Shown here: positions 1-13,920 of the stretch, in pieces
Numbering within the stretch: the first letter of the stretch is position 1
How the letters are laid out: every line of letters begins with the position of its first letter
Assembly (NCBI GenBank): GCA_030141605.1
Contig: JAQGDQ010000215.1
Location: forward strand, 310,314 to 374,313
Length of the DNA: 64,000 bases
From: Tubiluchus corallicola
Lineage: Eukaryota; Animalia; Priapulida
Direction: 5' to 3'
Notes under the pieces: model-generated
Seen by the model: the letters and a program-made list of their open reading frames with translations, nothing else
Databases searched by the model: none
What the model was told of the DNA's origin: nothing
Made by a program: the position numbers and the translations under genes

Positions 1-1649
1 GCATTAAATAAAAAGCTCTAGTTAATTTTGCGACGGTTTTATCGTATCAGTTTGTAAAAGGACGTAAAAGGGTTAAATGCATATTACAATGTAAATTTTA
101 GTTCGCGCACACATGTGTATATATATTTATATACATGTATAACTCAGGCATAATTTATCCTGGTTAAATCGTAAGTTTAGCAAAAGTCTTTGTAAGTAAA
201 GCGTGCATGTAGAAAAGTTTGTCATTTTTAATACTTTCCCAATAGAGTCATCTAAATAATCTCAGTGAACGAATTCTGTTATTACGAACCTTAATTATTA
301 TAAATAATTGCTAAAATGTTTTATAAGCAAGTTTATGGTACATGTATTAAGGACATAATTGAGATGTGGGTAAAGTGCTAGCGAGTCACGCCCACTCATT
401 ACTTACTATTTACCTGTAATACTTCCACATTTCAGAAACGACGGCGATCTAATGTTTGAATTTGTTTGTTATAGCCGAACTTTGAACTTTATTTGGTTCC
501 ATCAGGATGGCGACAGGAAATGTGTAAAATCGTACAAAAGATGGCGCCAGCAAGCAATGGTGTTACAACGTCATTTTCCGCCCTCACCTATACCCCAGAG
601 CTTTAGATTGTTTGCTAACAAAACGCATGCAAATGTTTTCTGAGTTCTGGTAGCTCAATTTAAAATGGTCTCTCTATATTCTAACGCTATTGCTTAATCA
701 TTCAAATCACATATCTTTTATATTTATATTCATAAACAAATTTATATTCCTTGAAGTTCTTTTGAATCAAACCACCACGATAGAAACCTGGTGACTGAGA
801 ATTGGTATGTCTTTCAGTTAAACTGGGCAACGGTCTTCTGTTGGCAGTCTCGTGAGGCAATGGAATATACGTGTTGGTGGTTTTTGTAATGACGTCTGTT
901 GCTGTCTCTAGAAGAGTAGTATGTGCAGGATTGAAAATGTGGAACCCCACTGTTTGAATTCATCTTTGGCAAAGTACATCTCAAAATTCTTTTGTTTGAG
1001 TTGCTGGTTTTCCTTGTATTTTTGTTGTCTAAAAACAACAAAGAAAAAAGCTTAATGCAAATTATCAATGTTTCTGACAAATAAACAAACTGGGGATTTT
1101 GCACACTTGGCCATCTGACTTTGTTAGTTGCTTATCGTAGACGACAAAAATACACCTAAACGACAGCAATAGTCACACTGCAGCAACTTCTTAAAACTAG
1201 TTGCCTAGCAGTTTTTGACATATGATACTGAAATTGTAGCTTTTGTTTGTAAATTTCTATTCGACTGTTTTAACAAAATAATGTATTTATAATTATTTAC
1301 TACCATAAGAAATGCATATTATCTATCAACTACAGCAATTGCTTATAGTCAGGTTTAAATTAAATATTTATGTCATAAGAATCTATTTTAAATTTTGTGA
1401 TGTGTAGCTGTCGTTTATTTTAATATATTAGTTTGTATTTTTTTTATATTTTTGTTACGGCCTCCTATACGTCTCTCTAGATGTTGTCATGTTTGTTATG
1501 CTGTGTTGTTATGTTTTTTGTATGCCAATAAATCTCTAAATTTCTATATCAGAAGACAATTAAATTGTCAGAAATTGTGTAGTTACTAGTTCAAAGGTTA
1601 AAGTAGGCGTTGAGAGGTTAAATCGTTAATTTCGTAATTTTTTTTTGCA

Positions 1650-2180
1650 GTTGGATGCGCCATTGTTGAATTGTTGGATGCACCATTGTTGTATTGTTGG
1701 ATGCACCATTGTTGAATTGTTGGATGCGCCATTGTTGAATTGTTGGATGCACCATTGTTGAATTGTTGGATGCACCATTGTTGAATTGTTGGATGCACCA
1801 TTGTTGAATTGTTGGATGCACCATTGTTGAATTGTTGGATGCACCATTGTTGAATTGTTGGATGCACCATTGTTGTATTGTTGGATGCACCATTGTTGAA
1901 TTGTTGGATGCGCCATTGTTGAATTGTTGGATGCACCATTGTTGTATTGTTGGATGCACCATTGTTGAATTGTTGGATGCACCATTGTTGAATTGTTGGA
2001 TGCACCATTGTTGAATTGTTGGATGCACCATTGTTGAATTGTTGGATGCACCATTGTTGAATTGTTGGATGCACCATTGTTGAATTGTTGGATGCACCAT
2101 TGTTGAATTGTTGGATGCACCATTGTTGAATTGTTGGATGCACCATTGTTGAATTGTTGGATGCACCATTGTTGAATTGT
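1650..2180. repeat. Minisatellite, 23-bp unit (TTGTTGGATGCACCATTGTTGAA), about 23 copies
   Basis: Near-perfect tandem unit read directly; it explains the overlapping periodic ORFs at 1598-2228. Confidence 0.97.
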
Positions 2181-3065
2181 GAAAAAGATGGTCATAAATT
2201 TACAGGTTATAAAACGGAACCGTTTCACCTTCTACTAGTTTTCATAGGCCATTTTTAGCAGCTAAATTGAGCGAAAAATCGATTTGTCTCTTTTCTTGTC
2301 TAGCAAAACAAACCTGTTTTTGTAGTATCCTAGTCGTGGAAAACCTAATTATTGTTAGCGCCATCTATTGTCTATATACATAACGAATAAACAGAAGTTT
2401 TAGGTTTGGAATGTACTACAATTTTCAAACTTTCACGGAGTCAAATTTTCATCAAAGGAATAAAAAGTTCCAAAATAAAACAACGTATCAGTAGTACGGC
2501 TTTGTTCATTCACATGCACGACTCAGTGCTCACCTCCTGTTTAGCCTAGTGTCTGAAGGCAGTGACTTCGAAGAGACCATTATCAACAACGTTAACGAAT
2601 CCATTAGGTCTTATTACTATAATACACTGTTTAGTATTATCATTACTACAAGGAGTACGTATGCTCAGTTCATGGCCGGGTCTAATTTCACAAGGTTGCT
2701 CTATGTAAGCCGTTATTAAGAGTCTCACGTAGGAATTCTCTTTAGTGTTGATCAATATCGTTAAAGTGGAACGGATGTGACATTTCGCGTGAGGCATAGG
2801 TTTGGCAATAATGAAAGCTGAAAAAGTAACCGTTGGTTTTATTGTAGAAACCTGTCTGATATTCTGATAAGGAAATGAAAACGATTTTGTATTAAAGGAT
2901 TATCGATCGTTGAATTATAGTGCTTGCATTAGGTATACCTATTGAAAAAATAGACTGAAGAAAAACTCCCAGGTGCCCACTGATAGGCCTCAACGTGTGG
3001 ACATTGGATACCTACTATTTTGTCACAAAATTCGTAACACCCCCACACCCCCACACGCACACGCA

Positions 3066-3069
<4 letters not shown>

Positions 3070-3115
<46 letters not shown>

Positions 3116-3139
3116 CTCTCTCTCTCTCTCACACACACA
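3070..3139. repeat. (CA)n(CT)n microsatellite
   Basis: Direct reading. Confidence 0.95.
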
Positions 3140-3607
3140 TATGTAATTAAAATTTTATCCATGAAGCTGCCGTTGTAGCAGATAAATTTATTCGGAGTTT
3201 CCCGATTGAATTTCACTGGTATTGACGCTTTTATGTTCAGTTTAAAAATAACGTTTTTGCTATTTATGCTTAGTGCTGTCTGTACTTCATATAATGTACT
3301 CATTAATGATGAAATGTGTGCATGTTATAGGCCTATCGTTAACATTAGCCTATTGGCAATCAGTCTACCTGGCATAATTTACGTTACTCGCGCGCGTTAG
3401 ATTTTTTTATTAAAACAATTCGTGACAGCGATAAAACAGTTTCAGCCGGCCAAGGACACATTCCTTGTGTATTTTGGCAGAGATGCGCTGAAGCACATAG
3501 CACAGCAAATACCGACTGCTGTCGAATGCTGCTTGTGAGGCAGCTGACTATTCAATACGAACGCTGTGTACAAATGATTTGCTTTGTCGTGCATTATGTA
3601 ATTGTAG

Positions 3608-4911
3608 ACGTATGCGGACAGGCTACACGTATGCAGACAGGCTACACGTATGCCGATAGGCAACACGTATGCCAACAGGCTACACGTATACCAACAGACA
3701 ACACGTATGCCAACAGGCTACACGTATGCCAACTGACAACACGTACGCCAACAGGCAACACGTATACCAACAGGCTGCATGTATGCCGACAGGCTACACG
3801 TATGCCAACAGGCTACACGTATGCCAACAGGCTACACGTATGCCAACAGGCTACACGTATGCCAAACAGGCAACACATATGCCAACAGGGAACACGTATG
3901 CCAACAGGCTACACGTACCCCAACAGGCTACACGTATGCCAACAGACAACACGTACGCCAACAGGCTACACGTACGCCAACAGGCTACACGTATGCCGAC
4001 AGGCTACACGTTGCCGACAGGCTACACGTATGCCAACAGGCTACACGTACGCCAACAGGCTACACGTATGCCAACAGGCTACACATACGCCAACAGGCAA
4101 CACGTACGCCAACAGGCAACACATATGCCAACAGGCAACACTTATGCCAACAGGCTACATGTATGCCAACAGACAACACGTATGCCAACAGGCTACACGT
4201 ATGCCAACAGGCTACACGTATGCCAACAGACAACACGTATGCCAACAGGCTACAAGTATGCCAACAGACAACACGTATGCCAACAGGCAACACGTATGCC
4301 AACAGGCAACACGTATGCCAACAGGCAACACTTATGCCAACAGGCTACACGTACCCCAACAGGCTACACGTATGCCAACAGACAACACGTATGCCAACAG
4401 GCTACACGTATGCCAACAGACAACACGTACGCCAACAGACAACACGTATGCCAACAGACAACACGTATGCCAACAGGCTACACGCATGCCAACAGATAAT
4501 ACGTATGCCAACAGGCTACACGTACGCCAACAGGCTACACGTATATACACATACGCCAACAGGCTACACGTACGCCGACAGGCTACACGTATGCCAACTG
4601 ACAACACATACGCCAACAGGCTACACGTACGCCAACAGGCTACACGTACGCCAACAGGCTACACATACACCAACAGGCTACACGTATGCCAACAGGCTAC
4701 ACATATGCCAACAGGCTACACATATGCCAACAGGCTACACGTACGCCAACAGGTACACGTACGCCGACAGGCTACACATATGCCAACAGGCTACACGTAT
4801 GCCAACAGGCTACACATATGCCAACAGGCTACACGTATGCCAACAGGCTACACATATGCCAACAGGCTGCACGTATGCCGACAGGCTACACATATGCCAA
4901 CAGGCTACATG
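3608..4911. repeat. Minisatellite, 19-bp unit (ATGCCAACAGGCTACACGT), about 68 copies
   Basis: Tandem unit with point variants; the same peptide repeats appear in all three + frames, as expected for a stop-free unit whose length is not a multiple of 3. Confidence 0.97.
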
Positions 4912-6301
4912 TCAAAGGCTTTTGTAAATGTGATGTGATCCGTAAAATGTAGCGTAATGTAATAGCATCTGTGATCACATTGATCACTATCATTTCATGT
5001 CATTTATTTTTACCAAATGCCACTCATAAAAGAACTTCTCTGGTTATCTGTGTATGATCATTTGCTTAGCTACATTCTTAACACTAATAGCAGGTCGAAT
5101 TAACTAACACTGATAGCTAAGACCTTTAAAAGGAGCAGGCTTCAATGTCTCAAAACAATACACCCATGTTTACACGATACACACCTGGCGCGATTTCCAT
5201 CATTATAGCTGCTCAGTGTGGAACTCCCTTTGCGAATTTGCTCGCAATACTGAAGCCAGTGAGGATTTATGCAGCTCCCTACCTGCTGATTAGTGCATTC
5301 GTGTGAAACCTTAGCTGAACGTAGCTTAAGCAATTTCACAACGTCGTCATTACTGCTCTGTTCTTAGCGGCTTACCTAGAAACATTTGACAATTGTTTCT
5401 GCAACGAAGCACTAGTATTCTGAACAGCAAGTAAAAGTAAGTACAATAGATTATATATTATTATTATATATTATATATAACTAATGACTATGTACTGTGG
5501 GCGCAAACAAGAGAAAAAGTATTTTTGTTACGTGATTTTAGTGTAGTGAAAAATATTGTTCCTTTCCAATATAAAGATGGAGTGATTTTTTTTCCATAAA
5601 AGTAAACTGCAATTCTGTCGTTCTTTTTTCTTCGCATGTTTTGCGATACACACTAAGAGGAGCATGCGCGCATTATTGGTGGTGCTACGAGTTCGAGTTC
5701 GCGCTGCCCAGTTGAACACAAATTGCAATTTCGCATCAAGGAAGGTGAGATGGGGTGTTTGTAGAAGAGCTGATCTTGAATTGTTAAATAAACATCATAG
5801 TAACTATGATATTAATCTAATGGAATTTGGGTCCCTTGGGCCACAACAATGGCACTAGCAACAGCAGCAGCAGCAACAACAACAGTAATATTTCTTGAAC
5901 TCGAGAAAACTCACAGAAGACAATACATGTGGCAAATTTCATTCGATTTAAAATCATCGATTTTCCAGATATTCTCTGCGATAATGTAATATCCACTTTT
6001 AAACCTTAACCTTTGGTTCTTGAGTTGACGTAGATTATGTAGCAGTCGTAAGAAGTTCGGTGGACAATTTGCCTGCTTTAGTTTTATTTTTATCATTCGT
6101 TTTCAGATATTTCACAGTTGGGAAAAGATCAAAAATTCTCTGTATTCTTGATTTTTGTTCTTCCAACCACAGAAGGTTGTATAATCGAAGTCAATTTTTG
6201 TTTTATTTCCATCATTATTTTCGCAGAAATGTTCTTTTATGTTTTGCATCAACAAAAAGTCGCGCAAGATGTTCTTTTAATATTTTTTCATGCTTCGATT
6301 C

Positions 6302-6793
<492 letters not shown>

Positions 6794-7763
6794 TTGACTA
6801 TAATTTTATAGACTAATACACTATAACAATGGGTAGCTAGAAAAATAAATATGGTTTAATTTTGGGACGTTACCAAAATGTGGAATTCTAGAATAGACAA
6901 AGAGAAAAATGCGCAATACAGTTAAATCAACAAATCTATACCTTTACAGTACTATCATACAAAATACAGCGCTATACATAACAAACTTGAGGATGATCTC
7001 CATTGGATTGGTTGAACCTTATGGATGATTAATTGGAGGGTGAGTCAACGGCATTTTACCAATTGGTGAAAGCTCGATTTTTATGAAACGTATTCCAGGT
7101 ACCCCTTTTCTTGTCCTTTAAAGAAATCGAGCATTTCCTTAACAACACATGAAAATAGGGATTACAAGATTTACTGTCACTTCTCTTGCACTACAACGAT
7201 AAGGCAGAGAAACCAATTTCATTATATATTTGTCATACGTAATTTTAAATTCATTAAATGTAAATGCAAAAGAACTTTCTCCACAGAGTCTCCCCATAAA
7301 CACTTGAATAATAAGTCTTATAGAGAAAAGTTTTGACTTTTAAACTACAGCGAATGAAATTTCTTATAAGAATATTAGCTCAAGCTGCTAGCATACATAT
7401 CTATCGTCTAACATCATTATTATCACTGCCAGATATGTTAGTAATGTCCCAGATATTTTTCTGTAAAGACAGATGTAGTGCAAACAACCAATAGGAATTT
7501 TGGCCATACTAAAGGGTTCAATACTCAGCAATTTAGTTTTGTCAGTGTTCATGATGACATCAAGGTCGGAAGCAAAACATTGATAAATATCAGTTGGACT
7601 TTGCATGGAACTAATTGTACTAGTCACAGAGCATACATCTGTGCATACATAAGATGATTAAGAATATGCCCATTTATCCTACAGCCATACCCTAAGATCA
7701 TTAAAGCATTTGTTGAAAAACCATGTTCATAAAATCCCACCCTGACAGATACCATTATGGACA

Positions 7764-7822
7764 TGTGTGTGTGTGTGTGTGTTTGTGCGTGTGCGTGTGC
7801 GTGTGCGTGCGTGCGTGCGTGC

Positions 7823-7905
<83 letters not shown>
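7764..7905. repeat. (GT)n/(GCGT)n microsatellite
   Basis: Direct reading. Confidence 0.97.
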
Positions 7906-7907
<2 letters not shown>

Positions 7908-8482
7908 GTATCATTATTTTTGTACGAAACTCTTATTTTTTTAAATCGGTAATCATTTTTCGAGTGTCGTTGATTTTTTGGTCATTTCATACACCTACGT
8001 GCAAGTATGCATAGAGGTAATGAAGTTAATGTATCGCGTGAGATGAGGCAGCTGGAGTAAGAGGTCTTAATGCCTGCACTAAGGCTCTTATTGCCTTCAA
8101 TGGGAAGTTGGTTGTACTTGCATGTATGTATGTGAGCAATCGATAAGGCGTTATTAAGCCGTGTTCATGATTAGATAAAATTCTAACAATAGCTTCTGCG
8201 ATGTTGAAATTAAAATTGTCGTCGTCACGAGTGGGATTTTCTGTGAAGTAATTTCTGTTTACAAGAAAAATGCAGGTGATTAATTCATGAACTTCGTATT
8301 TCTTTACGCTTGCAGAAATGCTGAGTTCAATGCGAATATTTTCAGTAGAATTTTTATTTGTAAGTCTCTCTGATGTTAAAAATTTATCACTTTACGTAAT
8401 GCGTTTTTTGTCTAAAAAATTTGCTGTTTGTTTCGAAATCTGGTAATTCGAATTAAGGTGTGTTTAATTTGATTGGAGAGAG

Positions 8483-8652
<170 letters not shown>

Positions 8653-8980
8653 CTTTCTTTTACATTTTCTTTCTTTCAGATGGTTTGATTTCAAAACTAC
8701 AATAATTTTTTATTCATTCATCATTAATAAATAATCTTCAAATGAAGATTATAAATAATTTGTTTACCAAGTGAAAGCTTGGACGTCCCTTATCCGCAAA
8801 AGAAGGCATTATAGAAAAAAAGACGCAGAAAATGTCTTTACTCTGCATAGCGTAATTAGCCTGATTCGTATCACTCCCTTGGCACGTTATTATTCGTTTA
8901 GCCTTATTAGATCTTCTTTCTGTTGCGTCAGTTCTTAGTTCTTAGCAATAAGTGTCGTGTAAAATGTAATCAAGGCAAAG

Positions 8981-9087
8981 GTAAGTCATTTATCGATACT
9001 CTGTTACTGTTTGAATGGAAGTGTTTGTTTGTTTGTTTCAGTCACGTTTTCCTAGTTAATCAATCTTAATTTTCTTTTATTTTCTAG
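8981..9087 (+). other. Probable 5'-UTR intron of the GPCR gene
   Basis: Consensus donor AAG|GTAAGT at 8981; CTTAAT branch-like motif, pyrimidine tract and TTCTAG acceptor ending 9087, about 430 nt upstream of the GPCR ATG. Confidence 0.55.
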
Positions 9088-9519
9088 GAAATAGTGCGTT
9101 GACGAAAAGCAGTCGATCGTTATCTTAACTGGATCTACCCACTCAGGCTGCAGGAATCTTCTGTAAAGGCAGCGAGCAAGAAAAATAAACTAAAGATTCA
9201 TCGTCCCATTAAGAACGAACTACATGCCGATTTAAAAAGCTGATGAGCCTGACTCTGCGCAAAATGAAAATGTAACAACAGAAAGCCTTGCACTAAATTT
9301 GTTCAAAGACAAAATGAACAAAGCGTTGTAAGCAGGAGGCAAGGATTGTTATGCATGATGCTGAAGAATACAATGAAAAAACAATGAAAAAACAATGAAA
9401 ACAATGAAAAACACAATGAGAGACCACAGTTGTGAAGAGTCTTCGATTACAAGAGTTGAATTAGTGAGTATTTCGACGAAAGTGTCGATTGAGGCCCAGT
9501 AGTTTAAGAGGTGTTCCTT

Positions 9520-10479
9520 ATGAACCCAGTAGAAGATAATCACGCTGACATGCAGACCCTCAAAACATCCACTGGGTCGCTTGTAGACCAGATCTACCAG
9601 TCCATCCTCTGTATAGAGATCACAGCGGTCATCTTCTTCAACACTTTGGTCATCATCTGTGTCCGGCGGTTTCTTCCACTGCAGACAACATGCAACAAGT
9701 TTGTCTTCAGCATCGCTGTCGCCGACATCACCATGGCTGTCAGCGTTGCTGTCGCCATAGCTTTCGATAACATAACATGGTCCAACAAGGGAGGAGTCTA
9801 TCATCACGTGATGTGCTATTTCCGCACTGGACCACCAATGGTCACTACTATTGTTGTTGTCATGACTTTGCTGGCCATAGGAGTTGACAGACATTTTGCT
9901 ATGTCCAGTCAGGCTAGGTACAACGCAGTAATACAAACGGACCGGGTTAACTGGTTTATTGGACTCTCTTGGACCTACTCAATTCTACTGTACTTTATTC
10001 CCGCTTCTACAACAACTGATTCTAGTTCTAAGTGTTTCTTCGAATCGTTCTTAAACAAATTCCACGTGTTCGCGTTTTCTTTGCACTTTGTTTTAATCAG
10101 TGTGTTAACTTGCATCTTCTACGCACGGATTCTCCTGATGGCTGGTAGGAAAGTCCAAGACGTGAATCAACTACCTACGATTCACACCAGAAACACGGTG
10201 AACACAGATGATAAGGATAGAATCCAGCAAGCTAAGCAGCTTGCCAGGCTGTTTGCCATGATTCTCGGGGTTACAGTCGTCTTCACTTTGCCAGTGGTCA
10301 TTCTTTATCCCGTCCTTGCGTTTTCGGACAAAAATAGTGATTCCCACTACCGAGGTTTTACCATTTTCACCGAATTTCTTTTGTTTAGCAAATGTCTGAT
10401 GAATCCCGCCCTCTATTACTGGAAGTACCACGATTTTAGCATTGCATTTAAGAAACTCTTGACAATTAAAGGCAGTTAA
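9520..10479 (+). CDS. Class A (rhodopsin-like) GPCR, single coding exon, 319 aa, orphan (adenosine/melanocortin-like group by eye)
   Basis: Seven hydrophobic segments; TM1 Asn (IFFNTLVI), TM2 IAVAD, Cys at top of TM3, DRH in the DRY position, TM4 Trp, TM6 FTLP, TM7 NPALY and helix 8 FSIAFKKLL. First ATG is 9520 (the track starts at GTG 9511). Confidence 0.93.
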   Translation: MNPVEDNHADMQTLKTSTGSLVDQIYQSILCIEITAVIFFNTLVIICVRRFLPLQTTCNKFVFSIAVADITMAVSVAVAIAFDNITWSNKGGVYHHVMCYFRTGPPMVTTIVVVMTLLAIGVDRHFAMSSQARYNAVIQTDRVNWFIGLSWTYSILLYFIPASTTTDSSSKCFFESFLNKFHVFAFSLHFVLISVLTCIFYARILLMAGRKVQDVNQLPTIHTRNTVNTDDKDRIQQAKQLARLFAMILGVTVVFTLPVVILYPVLAFSDKNSDSHYRGFTIFTEFLLFSKCLMNPALYYWKYHDFSIAFKKLLTIKGS

Positions 10480-10770
10480 ATTTCAGTATTAGTGCTAGTG
10501 GTATTTAAACTAGTTGTATGCTTACATAAAAAAGGGGCTATATGATTGGCTACTGGGTGAAGGAACAAGATTTCAAAAATTTACAACCGTCTACCACGGT
10601 ATCAATGTGGATCAATTCACCAACCCAACCTCTGAACGGCAAGACGCAAGCTACAATATTACTACAAAAATAGAAAAATTGAATGCTGGTAGACTTGTTC
10701 AAGGTGCAACAAATTTGTTTTGGTTATTTTTGATGATGATGTAAGTATTTGTTGTCAGGCCTTTGTACAA

Positions 10771-11299
10771 AGGAAAGAGCAAGTCACCAAGCACGTTGGG
10801 TTTATTTTACTGTTAATACTAAAATTAAGAAAAATGCAACAAAGAAATTTGCAAAGAACTGCCTATAAAGCATAAATTTAAAATATACTGCTTCTGAAAT
10901 AGAAATTTTCAGGCGTGGTGGTTCATTCACCCATTCATGCCGCCATCCACTAGGAAATCTTGACGTAACTGGGAGACTTCGTGAATTTTCGTAGCTGGTC
11001 GTGGCTTTCCGTAAGCGCGCTGCTTAGACTAATTCAAACTTCTGCAGCTTACAAAATTAGCTATTCAATTTTTTGAAAAATTTATTATACTTTTGACGAA
11101 TTGGCGCTACTTTTCTTCAGGACGAATGACGTCATTGGAAGAAGAATGGACATTGAAAATGGGAGCGCCCAAGCACGAAGTGATCGCGATTTTATACTAG
11201 TTACACGAGGCGCTTATTGCAGTTTTATTGCTAAATCCTTCTAACATTTTTCGCGAACATTGAAATAAGACTAACCTCCTGGAAAGCTTGACCTTTCCT
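10771..11299. mobile_element. Non-autonomous DNA transposon, Kolobok-like family A, copy 1
   Basis: AGGAAAGAGCAAG ... CTTGACCTTTCCT imperfect TIRs followed by TTAA; interior aligns by eye with 19808-20193 and partly with about 48840-49021. Confidence 0.7.
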
Positions 11300-11376
11300 T
11301 TAAAGCAAAAATCTGTTACAAACATGACATGATATGTCTGACGTCATCATTTGCGTACAGCTCAGATATCGTGTTT

Positions 11377-11760
11377 ACGAATTTTTCATGGTGGTTTTTG
11401 AATACAAATTTTTATGGTAACTTTTGAATACAAATTTTTCGTAGCGGATTTTGAATACAAATTTTTCATGATAGCTTTTGAATACAAATTTTTCGTGGTA
11501 GCTTTTGAATACTAAATCTTCACGGTGGCTTTTGAACACAAATTTTTCATGACAGTTTTTGAATACAAATTTTTCATGATAGCTTTTGAATACAAATTTT
11601 TCATGAATTTTGAATACAAATTTTTCATGATAGCTCTTGAATACTAAATCTTCATGGTGGCTTTTGAACACAAATTTTTCATGACAGCTTTTGAATACTA
11701 ATTTTTCATGATGGCTTTTGAATGCAAATTCTTCATAGTAGCTTTTGAATACTAATTTGT
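11377..11760. repeat. Minisatellite, 27-bp unit (AGCTTTTGAATACAAATTTTTCATGAT), about 14 copies
   Basis: Direct reading; gives the 9-aa period of the minus-strand ORF. Confidence 0.93.
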
Positions 11761-12224
11761 TATGTTGTCGGAATAAAAAGTGTTTTTTCTTCGGAAATAT
11801 AAAGCCCTTTTCTTGATTTAATGCATGCATTTATTATTTAGGTATAATTACCGTCAGTTTATCAAAAAGAAATGTCTTGGGAGTAGTATAGCGGATACCA
11901 GCAAGGATAGGTAAGGAGTGGCTAGACAAAGTGTATTGATGTAAATATTACAAAACACTTTGTGAAAGTCAGTGTGCTTGTGAATTTTTTCACTTTAGAT
12001 GCTGTTTGACTTTTGATATCTTCAGAATAATCTCTGCCTGCTATCTGCGAAGATCATTCACGAAAGTCGTCCTCCCACTCGTTACGATGATAATGATGAT
12101 GATCATCATCGTAATAATAATCTTTATTTAGACAGCTTTTAGGATGAACAATTAACACCAGCTCCAAAGAGCTGTAAATAGCAAACTACAACTACGTAAC
12201 AGAGGCTATATTACCCCAATTTTA

Positions 12225-12352
12225 TCCTAAATACCACGCGCCAGGCAGGGCAACAGCACGTACCATTTTTAAAGTCTTTAGTATTTCCCGACCGCTGTAT
12301 TGATCTCACGATCTCCAAGATGGAAAGCGAACGCGTTACCACTAGACTAAGC
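12225..12352 (-). mobile_element. tRNA-derived SINE remnant with a conserved central domain (MetaSINE-like)
   Basis: Minus strand reads AGTCTAGTGGTAACGCGTTCGCTTTCCA (A-box/tRNA-like), a decayed B box, then AAAGACTTTAAAAATGGTACGTGCTGTTGCCCTGCCTGGCGC, which resembles the Meta central domain as remembered. Confidence 0.6.
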
Positions 12353-13920
12353 CGTTTGTGGTCTGACTGATCTAGTCTGGTCTGATTCACAACCTTTTCT
12401 TAGTCTGTAAAACACGAGTTTCAGAAGAATTTAGGAAACACTAGCAAATGTGTAGGGCAGATTTGAATTTGAGATTGGCTCCTTTTTCGGGCATACCATT
12501 CGTAGCTTCTTTTAGCACTGTTTTAAATAATTAGAATATATTATTAGTTAGAATAGATAACTAGAATACTGACTGTGTTTTTGTTACTCGCCCACTAATA
12601 TGATTATCTCGCAGAAGGTGATGATTGCATTAGTAATTTATGACCAAATTCATGAATTGTATCACATTTTTGTATTAACAAAAACTGATTATCGATGCGC
12701 ACGTAATGTATATGTATATGTTTATTGCGAAATAAATCTATTAAATCTAAAATCTAAAATCTAATCTAATCAAACCTGGGAACGTGCCGACCTTCTAGTC
12801 ACTAGTAATTTATGACCAAAGCTGAGAATGTGTCGACCTTCTAGTATTGCGCATTATCTCTTGATAATGGACGAGTGAACTTCTATACGAACTCACTCAC
12901 AGAACAGTTTATTATCTCAGAACAGAAGTCATTACGAGTACCGAGTATTTAGAAAATGTTGACAATGACACGTTCATAGCTTGTATTATAAATAGAGTCC
13001 TATGTGTAATTTCCTGTAAATAGTGAATTTTTATCTCAAAACTTGCCTAGTTTTAGTACAACACACTGATATCTTACAGTAGCACTGTAAATCAATTTTC
13101 GCTTTCGCAAACACGTGCAACACGCTTGTGGAATATTTTTGCTATTGAAAATTGTTAGTTTGTGATGTCATCAATAGTTGGGCTTGTCCGCATTTAATTA
13201 AGATTTTAATCTAATATTTAATTATGAGAAACGCTTTTACAGTATTAATTGTGTTAAAATGTATACTTTTTATCGGACTTGAAAATGGGGTACTACGCGA
13301 AGAATCATTATGTATTCCTTTAATCCCTCGTGGGTTCCACACAGTAACGCTCTGTGTTGGAAGCCATACAGGATTCACGGAAAGAAGTCACGTAGTAGCC
13401 ATTAATTGTGCTTGAGATGATGTTTATTGCTGGCTTATTGGCTTTTTCATACAGTAATAATGCACTGCTTAAACACTTCAATGTTATTTTTGGTGGACTG
13501 GTTAAAAGAGAGCAATGATCAAAGCAACACTGAACAGTTCAACCATCATGGATGTCTAAGCAAGAAAATTTTGATTCCACTCCATATCTTTGCCGTCAAC
13601 ACTGAACAGTTCAACCATCATGGATGTCTAAGCATGAACATTTTGATTCCACTCCGTATCTTTGCTGTCAAATATTTCGAGGAGATCCTCGTGGTTTCTT
13701 GTGGAGTTCCACGACTAAAAATATGTCTTCATGGACACCCAAGCTACGCGAAATTTGTTTCACTACGGCCAAATTATTTAATGCACAAACCGACTTAAAA
13801 CAGAATATCGTTGCTCTGCTTGTCCATAGGAATGTTTAAATATTGTTTGTAAATAAGCTGATAATCATGGAAAGACCGAAAGTTCTTACGTAAAATGAAA
13901 TCATTGTTCATCGCCGTAGT

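Noticed and set aside
1-76. AAAAGGG|TTAA as the right end of a piggyBac-like element
   Set aside because: The left end is outside the window, so the TIR cannot be confirmed.
700-1030. Possible minus-strand exon after a good acceptor (TTGTTTTTAG) near 1029
   Set aside because: No recognisable protein in any frame and no partner exons found.
1598-2228. Three overlapping 180-200 aa minus-strand ORFs
   Set aside because: Artefact of the 23-bp tandem repeat.
3526-4938. 470-aa ORF and overlapping ORFs with repeating peptides
   Set aside because: Translation of a stop-free 19-bp minisatellite; the same peptide appears in all frames.
9349-9936. 195-aa antisense ORF
   Set aside because: Shadow of the GPCR coding strand with no recognisable motifs.
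13427-13798. 123-aa ORF with an internal duplication and an HPSYAK motif (possible transposase relic)
   Set aside because: Its length is partly due to a local duplication of about 72 bp, and the motif is too short to assign.
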